From: Escherichia phage WaterSpirit
Reading direction: 5' to 3' (one strand)
Sequence record: OR896833.1
DNA: 51,324 nucleotides
A model generated the notes under the pieces. That model had not been told where the DNA came from. It worked only from the letters and a program-made list of their open reading frames with translations, and searched no databases. Of this stretch, positions 38,323-46,187 are shown one piece after another (the first letter of the stretch is position 1; each line of letters opens with the position of its first letter). The position numbers were made by a program, and so were the translations under genes.

Positions 38323-38365
38323 ATTATTCCCGACTCAAGGTCTGGCGTTTTAACAAAAAGTGCTA
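38323..38365 (-). promoter_or_regulatory. 18-bp element + 19-nt spacer + AATAAT (minus sense)
   Basis: Minus-sense TAGCACTTTTTGTTAAAA at 38365-38348; TAG is the methyltransferase-like gene stop. Confidence 0.4.
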
Positions 38366-39067
38366 TTTTGAGTTTGCCTCAAATACGGCGCGAGCAAATC
38401 CTCGCGGAGTGAGGGAGCGTATCATCTTTGTTCTGGATGATTTGCCACCAGTTTTAGCCCAGCCTGGGTTATCCTTCTCGGTTGGCAATACCAGTTTTCT
38501 CTGTGGAACGATAAAGCCGTTTCCAGTCCAAAGGCATGTTTTCTTAAAGTAGCAATCACGCGCCGGAATAATATCAGGGAAGTCTGGATGCTTATCATCT
38601 TCCGGCAGATAGCCAGCGTAATCGCACGGATGGAACGTATAATCAGGCTTTCGCCATAACGTTGACAACTTGCCAACCGGATTTTCGATCATGTAAGGAA
38701 CACCGAAATAATCAGCTATATCAGCCGCGATTCTGCAAGTGTCGGCGGCCTCATCCTGGAACGATGGATTCTCAAGGCGTTTTTTAGCCCAATGGCGAGA
38801 TCCGCTATTTGCAAGGTCAGTGCATGGTGGGAAGGCCATAATAAAATCAGGATTGCCCCACTCATTATTTATTGCCTTAACATAAAAAGCATCGTCAATC
38901 CAGACGTTAACGTATTCGATATTCTCATGCTTTATGCGCACTGACTGGTAATCACCGTGATCGCCACCGTCAGCATTAAAGCAAATGCACTTATAGCCAT
39001 TATCAGCCCAATCTTTAACGGCTTTACCAGATCCATCAAATAGGGAGAATATTAAACCTTTATACAT
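38363..39067 (-). CDS. DNA methyltransferase-like protein (C5-cytosine type, diverged)
   Basis: 234 aa from ATG 39067; FSLFDGSG (motif I-like), FPPCTDLANSG (PC motif), ENP (motif VI-like). Motif match is partial. Confidence 0.45.
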   Translation of the reverse strand: MYKGLIFSLFDGSGKAVKDWADNGYKCICFNADGGDHGDYQSVRIKHENIEYVNVWIDDAFYVKAINNEWGNPDFIMAFPPCTDLANSGSRHWAKKRLENPSFQDEAADTCRIAADIADYFGVPYMIENPVGKLSTLWRKPDYTFHPCDYAGYLPEDDKHPDFPDIIPARDCYFKKTCLWTGNGFIVPQRKLVLPTEKDNPGWAKTGGKSSRTKMIRSLTPRGFARAVFEANSK

Positions 39068-39077
39068 CGTCATTACC

Positions 39078-39302
39078 TCAAAACGGAAAACAGCGCGCAC
39101 AACCAGGATCGAAATCGCATCCACAATCATTAACAATCATAGTGGGATCTGCAAATATTGCGCTTGATTCAAGATCCATATCCATATCACCTAAAGCCTC
39201 ATCAAGAGTCTTAAATTTATATGCCACTTCAAGCGCCGCCTCTTTATTTAGTCCGGCATCTTCTGCCATTTGAAGGCGCTCAAAAAAACCGTCCTGACTC
39301 AT
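39078..39302 (-). CDS. Hypothetical acidic protein (74 aa) with C-terminal Cys cluster
   Basis: ORF; ATG overlaps upstream small ORF stop (ATGA). Confidence 0.35.
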   Translation of the reverse strand: MSQDGFFERLQMAEDAGLNKEAALEVAYKFKTLDEALGDMDMDLESSAIFADPTMIVNDCGCDFDPGCARCFPF

Positions 39303-39415
39303 CGCATAACTCCATTAATAACAGCCAAGATAATAGCCAGGCCAGCAGCAGTAACCAAAAATCCAACCGCGCCAATAATCGAATAAAAAAAGAAATCAAT
39401 AGCTTTATCTATCAT
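39299..39415 (-). CDS. Small hydrophobic protein (38 aa), below ORF-track cutoff
   Basis: RBS GAGGTGG; single predicted TMD; stop overlaps next ATG. Confidence 0.25.
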   Translation of the reverse strand: MIDKAIDFFFYSIIGAVGFLVTAAGLAIILAVINGVMR

Positions 39416-39457
39416 TTTCCACCTCATTTAAAAGGCGGCAAAACGCCGCCAGATTAA

Positions 39458-39685
39458 TTAAAGAGCGCGCCAACTTTGAATATAGAAAGCGTTTTCTTCC
39501 AGTAATTCTTTTACCTGATCTTTATTGTATTTGCGCACCTTACCGCCTGGATGGATACCAATAAGATAGCCGCCTTTGCCCTCGGTGATAGTGATTTGGC
39601 TAATTCCACAAGACTTATCAAGTTTTACAGCCACGCGGTGATGAGCGTCAATAGTTGACATAATGTTTAAAACTTTTGCTTTCAT
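39458..39685 (-). CDS. Hypothetical protein (75 aa)
   Basis: ORF in early-left operon. Confidence 0.35.
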   Translation of the reverse strand: MKAKVLNIMSTIDAHHRVAVKLDKSCGISQITITEGKGGYLIGIHPGGKVRKYNKDQVKELLEENAFYIQSWRAL

Positions 39686-39793
39686 TTAAATATCCTCAAT
39701 TGAAATATGAATGGCGTCGTGCTCTTTTTCCGTCGCCGCCGTAATGGTCATTTGCAACCGCCACCATCCAGGCATTTTTGAAAATAAATAGCC

Positions 39794-40006
39794 TCATTTC
39801 TTATTTTTCATCTTAAATTTATGGCCTGGAACACCAGCACCAATATATCCATCGTTGTATTCCATTAAATAAAGGTGAAGACCATTATCTGAAATTACAT
39901 GAGGATCTTCTTTGAGATTTCCCATTAGTGGATATTCTTTTTCGCGCGTGAATTTCCAAATTGAGTTATAAGTTTCTACGCATTTAAGTTTTAATTGCTT
40001 TGCCAT
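39794..40006 (-). CDS. Hypothetical protein (70 aa)
   Basis: ATG overlaps upstream stop. Confidence 0.35.
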   Translation of the reverse strand: MAKQLKLKCVETYNSIWKFTREKEYPLMGNLKEDPHVISDNGLHLYLMEYNDGYIGAGVPGHKFKMKNKK

Positions 40007-40203
40007 TAGATGATCTCCATGTATGTTTCAAAGCCATTTAACTTGAACAGGCCGTTTTCACATTTGCGAACGTTCCAAGTTAGCCCTGAGTGGTACGCCT
40101 CCATATCATCAAGGTCAATGGTGATTTCAGCACCTTTCTTAAACAAACCTTTTTCGTGAGACTTGTCGCGCTTGATAACCTTAACGTCAACCTGCGTTTC
40201 CAT
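40006..40203 (-). CDS. Hypothetical protein (65 aa)
   Basis: ATG 40203 with RBS GAGGAATTGAAA; 5' leader paralogous to that at 40701. Confidence 0.35.
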   Translation of the reverse strand: METQVDVKVIKRDKSHEKGLFKKGAEITIDLDDMEAYHSGLTWNVRKCENGLFKLNGFETYMEII

Positions 40204-40234
40204 TTTCAATTCCTCGTTCGTTGTCGATGCGCAT

Positions 40235-40277
40235 ACTATACCAATCAGCCGCGCATCGTTTTTAACAAAAAGTGCTA
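40235..40277 (-). promoter_or_regulatory. 18-bp element + hairpin spacer + TATAGT (minus sense)
   Basis: Minus-sense TAGCACTTTTTGTTAAAA 40277-40260; GATGCGC/GCGCATC stem with TATAGT in loop. Confidence 0.45.
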
Positions 40278-40559
40278 TTCTTCAATGATTCCGGTTAGCG
40301 ACACAATTGTGCCAGTCCGGCGGCGATAGCGGCGCATTACAACCGGAAGGTTTTCACCGCTTTGATGCCCGAAGCAGATCGGCATCATTCCATTTTCTGA
40401 ATACCATGCGTCAAACTCACGATCCCGCACTGGCCTGAATTGCCACGCGCAGATAAAGCCGTTTGCATCGCGCGTGATAAATTTATAAATGTTCGGCAAT
40501 TGTAGTTTGATGCCTTCGAAATCCACCTCGTCGCTATAGCTGCGAAACTTAAAACTCAT
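40275..40559 (-). CDS. Hypothetical protein (94 aa from internal ATG; ORF extends to 40610)
   Basis: RBS TGGAG 9 nt upstream of ATG 40559; stop TAG lies in the conserved element. Confidence 0.3.
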   Translation of the reverse strand: MSFKFRSYSDEVDFEGIKLQLPNIYKFITRDANGFICAWQFRPVRDREFDAWYSENGMMPICFGHQSGENLPVVMRRYRRRTGTIVSLTGIIEE

Positions 40560-40701
40560 AGTCAACAACTCCAAATTCATTGACGATTTGCGCCTTGTAG
40601 AATCCGCCATTTTTCGCCAGGTTGTAACAAGCGGCTACGGTTTCAAATTCGCGTGCTTCCGGCTGGCTGTTTTCGTGTTCCCAGGTAATCAGAGTAACCA
40701 T
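40549..40701 (-). CDS. Small hypothetical protein (50 aa), below ORF-track cutoff
   Basis: ATG 40701 preceded by the same leader/RBS module (GCGAGGATTTGAAA) as gene 40006-40203. Confidence 0.3.
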   Translation of the reverse strand: MVTLITWEHENSQPEAREFETVAACYNLAKNGGFYKAQIVNEFGVVDYEF

Positions 40702-40734
40702 TTTCAAATCCTCGCATTCGTTGTCGATGCGTGT

Positions 40735-40777
40735 AATGTACAGGAATACGAGGATTGAGTTTTAACAAAAAGTGCTA
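40735..40777 (-). promoter_or_regulatory. 18-bp element + 19-nt spacer + TACATT (minus sense)
   Basis: Minus-sense read of 40760-40777. Confidence 0.4.
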
Positions 40778-40778
40778 T

Positions 40779-41072
40779 TTAGTCCAGTAATTCGATTTCA
40801 CGTTCTCCAGTTAACGGATCTACAAGCCAGAATCCGAGCGGTTCGCCGTAAACACCGCCATAGAATCCAAGCGCCGCCAGATCTTCACCTTTAACGAATA
40901 CCAGGTTTCCGCTACGGCTTACGTGAGACACGTTAACGATAACCGGAAAGGTGCGATCCTTAAATGCAGGCATCAGGGCGTAACATCCTTTATTGAGCAA
41001 ACGTGCTTTGCGCTTTACTGGAATAGGTGCATTGATACGTGCCATCAGTTGATTCTCCCATACAGATCGCAA
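40779..41072 (-). CDS. Hypothetical protein (97 aa)
   Basis: ORF in early-left operon. Confidence 0.35.
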   Translation of the reverse strand: MRSVWENQLMARINAPIPVKRKARLLNKGCYALMPAFKDRTFPVIVNVSHVSRSGNLVFVKGEDLAALGFYGGVYGEPLGFWLVDPLTGEREIELLD

Positions 41073-41281
41073 ACTTCGTTGATAAAGCAGCGTTGCGCCT
41101 CCTTATCTTGTTTCTCAAACATCGCACGGCACTCATAGCGGTGATTATGCACAATGACTACAACCATATTTTCCTGCGCTAACGGGTGACGCGCGGACGC
41201 GTCGCAGATTGAAACATCCATACCCATCTCACGGGCTTTCTTGATCACATTAAGCATTTTTTCTTCTCCTGCAATAAGCAA
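41045..41281 (-). CDS. Hypothetical protein (78 aa)
   Basis: ORF in early-left operon. Confidence 0.3.
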   Translation of the reverse strand: MLIAGEEKMLNVIKKAREMGMDVSICDASARHPLAQENMVVVIVHNHRYECRAMFEKQDKEAQRCFINEVCDLYGRIN

Positions 41282-41511
41282 ACATCATTGATAAAATCAG
41301 CGCGGCCTTTAATGTTGCTGATGTGGAAAGTCTTTTCAGCGTACAGGCCATCACCTTCAATCACGATCATTACGCGAGTCGGTTTATTCACGGGCGCACA
41401 TGAAAAGAGTGGGCGCACCGGAAGAAATTTAGTAGTCACATCCAGGTTAGCCCTGGCCGCCCTGCAAAATGCCTCCGCCAGATCTAAATCATTTTCGGTA
41501 ATCACCGCCAT
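41245..41511 (-). CDS. Hypothetical protein (88 aa)
   Basis: ORF in early-left operon. Confidence 0.3.
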   Translation of the reverse strand: MAVITENDLDLAEAFCRAARANLDVTTKFLPVRPLFSCAPVNKPTRVMIVIEGDGLYAEKTFHISNIKGRADFINDVCLLQEKKKCLM

Positions 41512-41783
41512 TACTTCTTGATCTCCTCACTGATAAATTTCAGCACCCGGCGCAAGAAAACTTCGTTGTTGATAGTCGCTGGCAATTCTTCTTTCACCTC
41601 TTGCGGCAGATAGATATTGCCGTGCCAGGTCAAGCAATCGTAGTTGATACGATAAGAGCAAAGCCACTCGCAATCGTTATCTGCTTCCCAAATGCAGAGT
41701 TGCAGAACATCGCCTAAGTTCTCAACAGTCAGATCCAGACCGTGACGCTTAGCGAAATTGAAAGTGGTTTTGCTGATGTTCAT
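41511..41783 (-). CDS. Hypothetical protein (90 aa), first gene of early-left operon
   Basis: RBS GGAGATAGCAAATG. Confidence 0.35.
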   Translation of the reverse strand: MNISKTTFNFAKRHGLDLTVENLGDVLQLCIWEADNDCEWLCSYRINYDCLTWHGNIYLPQEVKEELPATINNEVFLRRVLKFISEEIKK

Positions 41784-41818
41784 TTGCTATCTCCTGAGCG
41801 GTTTGTTTCGATGTGTGT

Positions 41819-41861
41819 AATGTACCCGATCAGAATGATTCGGTTTTAACAAAAAGTGCTA
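41819..41861 (-). promoter_or_regulatory. 18-bp element + 19-nt spacer + TACATT (minus sense), upstream of early-left operon
   Basis: Minus-sense read of 41844-41861. Confidence 0.4.
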
Positions 41862-42456
41862 TTCCATGCCTGGTGCATTATTCCAGTTATTCCACGCTCA
41901 AAGAATAATCGGAATAAGTTGCTTAACTGTTAAATTGGTTAGTGTGATATGCGTTTACCAGGTTTTTCGATTGATTGCGTGTGTGATTAATCATGTGTGG
42001 CGGGGTGTATAGAAAGTAGTTGCCCTCTCGCCTCGTCCTGGTGGCGTCAGCAAACAGAAGCTGTTTATTTTGTTCGCGCGTGTTCGCGTTTCAGGGAGGC
42101 ATGTTTCCGCGCTGTTTTTCAATGTATTGCGAACGCAAAAAACAAAATAAATCCCTTATAATACATTGAAAATAAAGAATATTTATTTATGTGTATATTT
42201 ATGTGTTATTTCTTGTTAGCGTTGTTAGTGTGATATGTGATGGTTGCGGTGTCGCTTTGTTGGTATATATATGGATAGTTGCGCGCCTGGTGGAATGAGT
42301 ATGTATATATACTTTTATTGCGATATTGCGCTAACAGCGCGAACAGAAAGAAAACAAGCGGTAAAAACTTATTGAAAATCATGTGTTTATGTAGCGATTC
42401 TCTCAAAACGTCGGCAACGCGAACAGGCCGCGAACGTTATACGGACAAAATAAACA

Positions 42457-42484
42457 TTGACACGCATGAAATAGCACTTATAAT
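42457..42484 (+). promoter_or_regulatory. Near-consensus sigma70 early promoter (TTGACA-16-TATAAT)
   Basis: Direct read; spacer contains AAATAGCAC; drives early-right gene block. Confidence 0.65.
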
Positions 42485-42515
42485 GGCCTGCAACTGACCA
42501 ACAGGAGGAATGACA

Positions 42516-42977
42516 ATGAGTCAGAAAACATCGAAAGACTATTGCGACTGGTTGCGAGAGCTTGGGCGACGCCTTGCAAGCGGCGAGATTGTAGAGCATA
42601 AAATGTCAGTTCTCGACCTTGCCGGAATGTTAAACGGCGACGACTACTACAAGGTGACAAAGAATCAGGCATACAGCCGCACAATAATCAACCGTGTGCC
42701 GGAAGTGAAAGCGGTTGGAAAGGTGCGAATCAGAACGGAAGAAACGGAAGACGATAAGTTTTACGTTTTCAGCCTGAATCGCGACGTTAAGCGCAAGGTG
42801 ATCACGAGCGAAGACTTGCCAGCCGTCCAGGCAAAGGCGGTAGAAAAGTTCGCCGCTCGCATTCTTGCATCAATGCCAAACGTTACCGATATGCAAGGCG
42901 ATAAACTGGCTGGAGCTTGTGAAGGAATAAGCCGCTACCAGGAAATGATCCGCAATCTTGTTAACGAGGAGAAATGA
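42516..42977 (+). CDS. Hypothetical early protein (153 aa)
   Basis: RBS AGGAGG 7 nt upstream; first gene after the strong promoter. Confidence 0.4.
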   Translation: MSQKTSKDYCDWLRELGRRLASGEIVEHKMSVLDLAGMLNGDDYYKVTKNQAYSRTIINRVPEVKAVGKVRIRTEETEDDKFYVFSLNRDVKRKVITSEDLPAVQAKAVEKFAARILASMPNVTDMQGDKLAGACEGISRYQEMIRNLVNEEK

Positions 42978-42978
42978 A

Positions 42979-43242
42979 ATGAATAAGGCATTAATGGCGG
43001 TTTTTATGGCAACAGCATTCCTTACCGGATGTAATGGTGATGGTGCTTACGTCGATGCACAAATGGCTAACCCTGCCGATACTTACAACGTCAGAAAACT
43101 ATTTACAGTTGATGGTTGCGATGTGTACAGGTTCAGCGATAGCCGATACGTGTACTTTACCAACTGCCAGGGTAGCGCAAACTGGTCAACTAACGAAGGT
43201 AAGTCGGTTAGTCACTACCAGAACACAACAAACGTTAAATAG
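42979..43242 (+). CDS. Early lipoprotein (87 aa)
   Basis: RBS GAGGAGAAA; signal peptide with lipobox LTGC; two Cys pairs in mature part. Confidence 0.5.
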   Translation: MNKALMAVFMATAFLTGCNGDGAYVDAQMANPADTYNVRKLFTVDGCDVYRFSDSRYVYFTNCQGSANWSTNEGKSVSHYQNTTNVK

Positions 43243-43282
43243 CACTTTTTGTTAAAACTCAAAAACGATAACCAGTCATAAT
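43240..43282 (+). promoter_or_regulatory. 18-bp element (TAG = stop codon) + 19-nt spacer + CATAAT
   Basis: TAGCACTTTTTGTTAAAA 43240-43257; CATAAT 43277-43282. Confidence 0.45.
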
Positions 43283-43288
43283 ACACAC

Positions 43289-43484
43289 ATAGACGGGCGG
43301 CAAGGATTGCTGCGGGAGAGGAGCGACGCAGGGGCTTGATCGAAGTGTCAGGATTCCCAACCGTGAGGCCAGAACTATCACACTCGCCACCAGGCAGAAC
43401 GCTAGATAGGTCACTGAACTGAGGCTACCGACGAAGTGAAGCCCGTCACCAAAGATTAAACGGTTATTTATGTGAAAGGGGTTA
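43289..43484 (+). ncRNA. Candidate structured RNA / long structured 5' leader
   Basis: About 195 nt GC-rich non-coding segment between a promoter and the next RBS; long-range complementarity GACGGG (43292-43297) with CCCGTC (43442-43447) plus several local stems. Not verified by folding or homology. Confidence 0.25.
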
Positions 43485-43667
43485 ATGATGGATAAAATCA
43501 TCAAAATGAGCGAAGTCAAACCGGGAATGATGGTTAAGTTTGCTGGCAAATATCGCCTGGTGCTGGATAACTGCCGCAAAGAGAACATTCTCACCATTCG
43601 CGTTAACGGCAAGGCGCAGCTATTCGCCCCCAACGCAGATATTAATGTTGAGGTAAGAATTAAGTAA
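43485..43667 (+). CDS. Hypothetical protein (60 aa)
   Basis: RBS AAAGGGG upstream. Confidence 0.3.
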   Translation: MMDKIIKMSEVKPGMMVKFAGKYRLVLDNCRKENILTIRVNGKAQLFAPNADINVEVRIK

Positions 43668-43735
43668 TAATCCAGGCCGTAAAATCCGGCCTATAACCAG
43701 AAATAATTTTGTTAAACCAATCAGGAGAAAGCACC

Positions 43736-44626
43736 ATGTTAAAACTTGCTGACATTAAATTCCCGATCACCTTCCAATCAAAGGGAGTCGGACACTTCAT
43801 GTTTACCGATGAAAATACATGCACTAAGTTTAACGAATACGGAAAGCCTGATGTTTCATCAATGGAGATTGATCACTTCATTGATGCGCATAACAAGCAC
43901 TACAACTCGCTTAAAGACTACGGCTACGCAATGCCAGGATATACCAGCCTCCACTACAAGCCATATAAAGGCCAGGTGTTACCAGTGCGCTCGCCGGAAC
44001 GCGCAGAGATTCCGATGGTCGAGATGAAAACATGCGACTATAAAAAGCTGTGGTGCTTAAACGTGGACAATATCAAGTATCCGATCACGTTCCGAGCCAC
44101 TGGTGATAGCACGATAACATATACATCAAGAGATAACGGCGTTTATAGCGATGGTCAGAAATCAGAGCTAAAAGTTGATTTCTTTGTTAATGGTCACAAT
44201 AGATTCAACCCACACAATGAAAAAGATAAGGTGTACTACGTGGAAGACATTACAAAACACTTATTTGGAGAAACACCATTCGGCGGCGGGAAGACGTCAA
44301 TTCAGAAAATAATTGGCGAGGAGATCCACAAAGCGGCTAACGAAATAAAAGCGCCTGGAGGCTGGCGTATTGATAAGAGCGCCTTTGCCAATCAAGAAAT
44401 CTTAACGCAGGGAGCAATTGAAGACATGCCAGTTGCAGCCACTCTAAAAGGAGTCCAGCTTGATGATGGTTCATGGTATGAACTAACTGCGAAACCAAAG
44501 ACGATTGAGATTCATGATGATGTTGTTATCCTTCTGCTTCACTATGGCAGCGCAAAAAACCGGACTGTTGCGGGTGAGATCAGCATCAAGCGCGGAACGA
44601 TGGTTAAGTGGAAGGTGAAGATTTGA
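43736..44626 (+). CDS. Hypothetical protein with internal tandem domain duplication (296 aa)
   Basis: RBS CAGGAG 8 nt upstream of ATG 43736; repeated segment D(I/N)K(F/Y)PITF...F(I/V)(D/N)(A/G)HN at aa ~5-60 and ~120-180. Confidence 0.45.
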   Translation: MLKLADIKFPITFQSKGVGHFMFTDENTCTKFNEYGKPDVSSMEIDHFIDAHNKHYNSLKDYGYAMPGYTSLHYKPYKGQVLPVRSPERAEIPMVEMKTCDYKKLWCLNVDNIKYPITFRATGDSTITYTSRDNGVYSDGQKSELKVDFFVNGHNRFNPHNEKDKVYYVEDITKHLFGETPFGGGKTSIQKIIGEEIHKAANEIKAPGGWRIDKSAFANQEILTQGAIEDMPVAATLKGVQLDDGSWYELTAKPKTIEIHDDVVILLLHYGSAKNRTVAGEISIKRGTMVKWKVKI

Positions 44627-44702
44627 GTTTGCTCACTGCGGCGACGTGCGCCGCATGGATCGGATTGTTTGTCTACCTGTTTAGCTTTTATTGAGGTGAG
44701 AG

Positions 44703-44855
44703 ATGGCTACCTGGATTTTACTGATTCTTATGATTGATGGCGGCGTTGACCATATTGAAATGAATAGCCAGCAATCTTGCATTGAGGCACGAGAGCAGAT
44801 CAAGAACAACAACAGGTTTTATGCTTACACTCACACGCTATGTATTAAGAAATAG
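44703..44855 (+). CDS. Small hydrophobic protein (50 aa), below ORF-track cutoff
   Basis: Strong RBS GAGGTGAGAG; N-terminal TMD (WILLILMIDGG); stop TAG inside the conserved element. Confidence 0.3.
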   Translation: MATWILLILMIDGGVDHIEMNSQQSCIEAREQIKNNNRFYAYTHTLCIKK

Positions 44856-44894
44856 CACGAATTGTTAAAACTCAAATGTGGGGCCAGGTATAAT
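44853..44894 (+). promoter_or_regulatory. 18-bp element, GAATTG variant + 18-nt spacer + TATAAT
   Basis: TAGCACGAATTGTTAAAA 44853-44870; TATAAT 44889-44894 within GGCC/GGCC hairpin loop. Confidence 0.45.
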
Positions 44895-44924
44895 GGCCTC
44901 ACTTTCAACGAAGGAGATAAAACG

Positions 44925-45143
44925 ATGTACATTAACAAGAAGATGAAATGCGTTTCCGTTGGCTATGGTTGCGCTGGCATGTTTAAGCCTGGCGAAATCT
45001 ATACGGCGCAAAAACTGAAATCATCAACCGGATCTTTTTACGTGAGCAATAGCAAGGGGCATCGCATGTTTCTTAACGGTGGTGAAGGAACGAAGGTTAT
45101 GGCGCACGCTATGGTAATTGCTGAATTTGAGGAAGTGAAATAA
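44925..45143 (+). CDS. Hypothetical protein (72 aa)
   Basis: RBS AAGGAGA upstream of ATG 44925. Confidence 0.35.
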   Translation: MYINKKMKCVSVGYGCAGMFKPGEIYTAQKLKSSTGSFYVSNSKGHRMFLNGGEGTKVMAHAMVIAEFEEVK

Positions 45144-45325
45144 TGGATGATTTTACTCGGATTGTTCTCTGTTGGATTTTGTTTCTTTTTGCCTGGCTTA
45201 TCTACTGTGCGAAATATAAATTCAGACTGAGCTATGATAATTCATTTGTTATGGCTTGCTTCAGTGTTCCAGGATGGATCATTTTACTTTTAGCTACTGC
45301 TGAATACATTCATAAAACATTTTAA
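45143..45325 (+). CDS. Small membrane protein (60 aa)
   Basis: Two hydrophobic segments. Confidence 0.3.
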   Translation: MDDFTRIVLCWILFLFAWLIYCAKYKFRLSYDNSFVMACFSVPGWIILLLATAEYIHKTF

Positions 45326-45335
45326 GGATTAATAT

Positions 45336-45878
45336 ATGAAAAAATACACTTTCGAACTATGGGGCAAGAAATACGAATTAATGACCAGCAAGCCGATTGT
45401 TATCGTTGATCTTGATGGCACGCTATCGGACGGATCGCATCGTTTGCACTTGTTGCCAACGGAAAACTTGCACCTTACTGAATCGTGGAGCGAATTTAAC
45501 AGGGCAGCCGCCGGAGATTCACCTATTAAGAGCACGATCGCGGTTATTAACGGTTTATGGGTATCAGGATTCGCCGTCATTATCCTGACCGGACGCAGCG
45601 ACGAAGTTCGCTATGAAACATGCAAATGGTTGAATGAGAACGGAGTGAAGTTTGACGAAATCATCATGCGCCGCCAGGAGGATAACCGAAAGGATACGGT
45701 TATTAAAGAAGAAGCCTTGCGCGCTATTGGCCTGGACAATATCGTTTGCGCCTTTGACGATTCCGCGAACGTGGTGAAGCACTTCCGTAACCTGGGGATC
45801 ACAACCTATCAGGTAACGGAATATGACAAGCCACACGCTCACCTGCAATCTCACGGCGTGGAGGAGTTGCAGAAATGA
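45336..45878 (+). CDS. HAD-superfamily phosphatase (polynucleotide 3'-phosphatase-like)
   Basis: 180 aa; HAD motif I DLDGTLSDG near N-terminus; small size typical of phage Pnk phosphatase domains. Confidence 0.5.
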   Translation: MKKYTFELWGKKYELMTSKPIVIVDLDGTLSDGSHRLHLLPTENLHLTESWSEFNRAAAGDSPIKSTIAVINGLWVSGFAVIILTGRSDEVRYETCKWLNENGVKFDEIIMRRQEDNRKDTVIKEEALRAIGLDNIVCAFDDSANVVKHFRNLGITTYQVTEYDKPHAHLQSHGVEELQK

Positions 45879-46084
45879 TCCTGAATGTAGCATATGCTAA
45901 CCCTCGCGGCTGCAATATATACGGCTTTAAGGTTGGCGCGATGGTCAACGCCAGGATAAACGAAAAAGGCGTATTAGTTGTCAAGTCACCTAAAACTGGC
46001 ATGGATATGCGCATCAAGGAGAACGGCGGAAGATTGTTTATCAGGTCAATGTCTGGTCAAACGCTCGCAACGTTCACCAAATAG
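45875..46084 (+). CDS. Hypothetical protein (69 aa)
   Basis: Start overlaps upstream stop (ATGA). Confidence 0.3.
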   Translation: MILNVAYANPRGCNIYGFKVGAMVNARINEKGVLVVKSPKTGMDMRIKENGGRLFIRSMSGQTLATFTK

Positions 46085-46125
46085 CACGAATTGCAAAAAA
46101 CAGATCATCGGGCTTGCTTTATAGT
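46082..46125 (+). promoter_or_regulatory. 18-bp element, GAATTGC variant + 19-nt spacer + TATAGT
   Basis: TAGCACGAATTGCAAAAAA 46082-46100; TATAGT 46120-46125 in loop of GGGCTT/AAGCCC hairpin. Confidence 0.45.
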
Positions 46126-46187
46126 AAGCCCATCAACAACGAAAGAGGAAAGCATCATGTTGTTACAGCAGACGAGGAGACGAAGAA

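Noticed and set aside
43259-43633. Minus-strand 124-aa ORF spanning the GC-rich intergenic segment
   Set aside because: No RBS; overlaps the plus-strand gene at 43485 and the candidate structured RNA; the region is better explained as non-coding.
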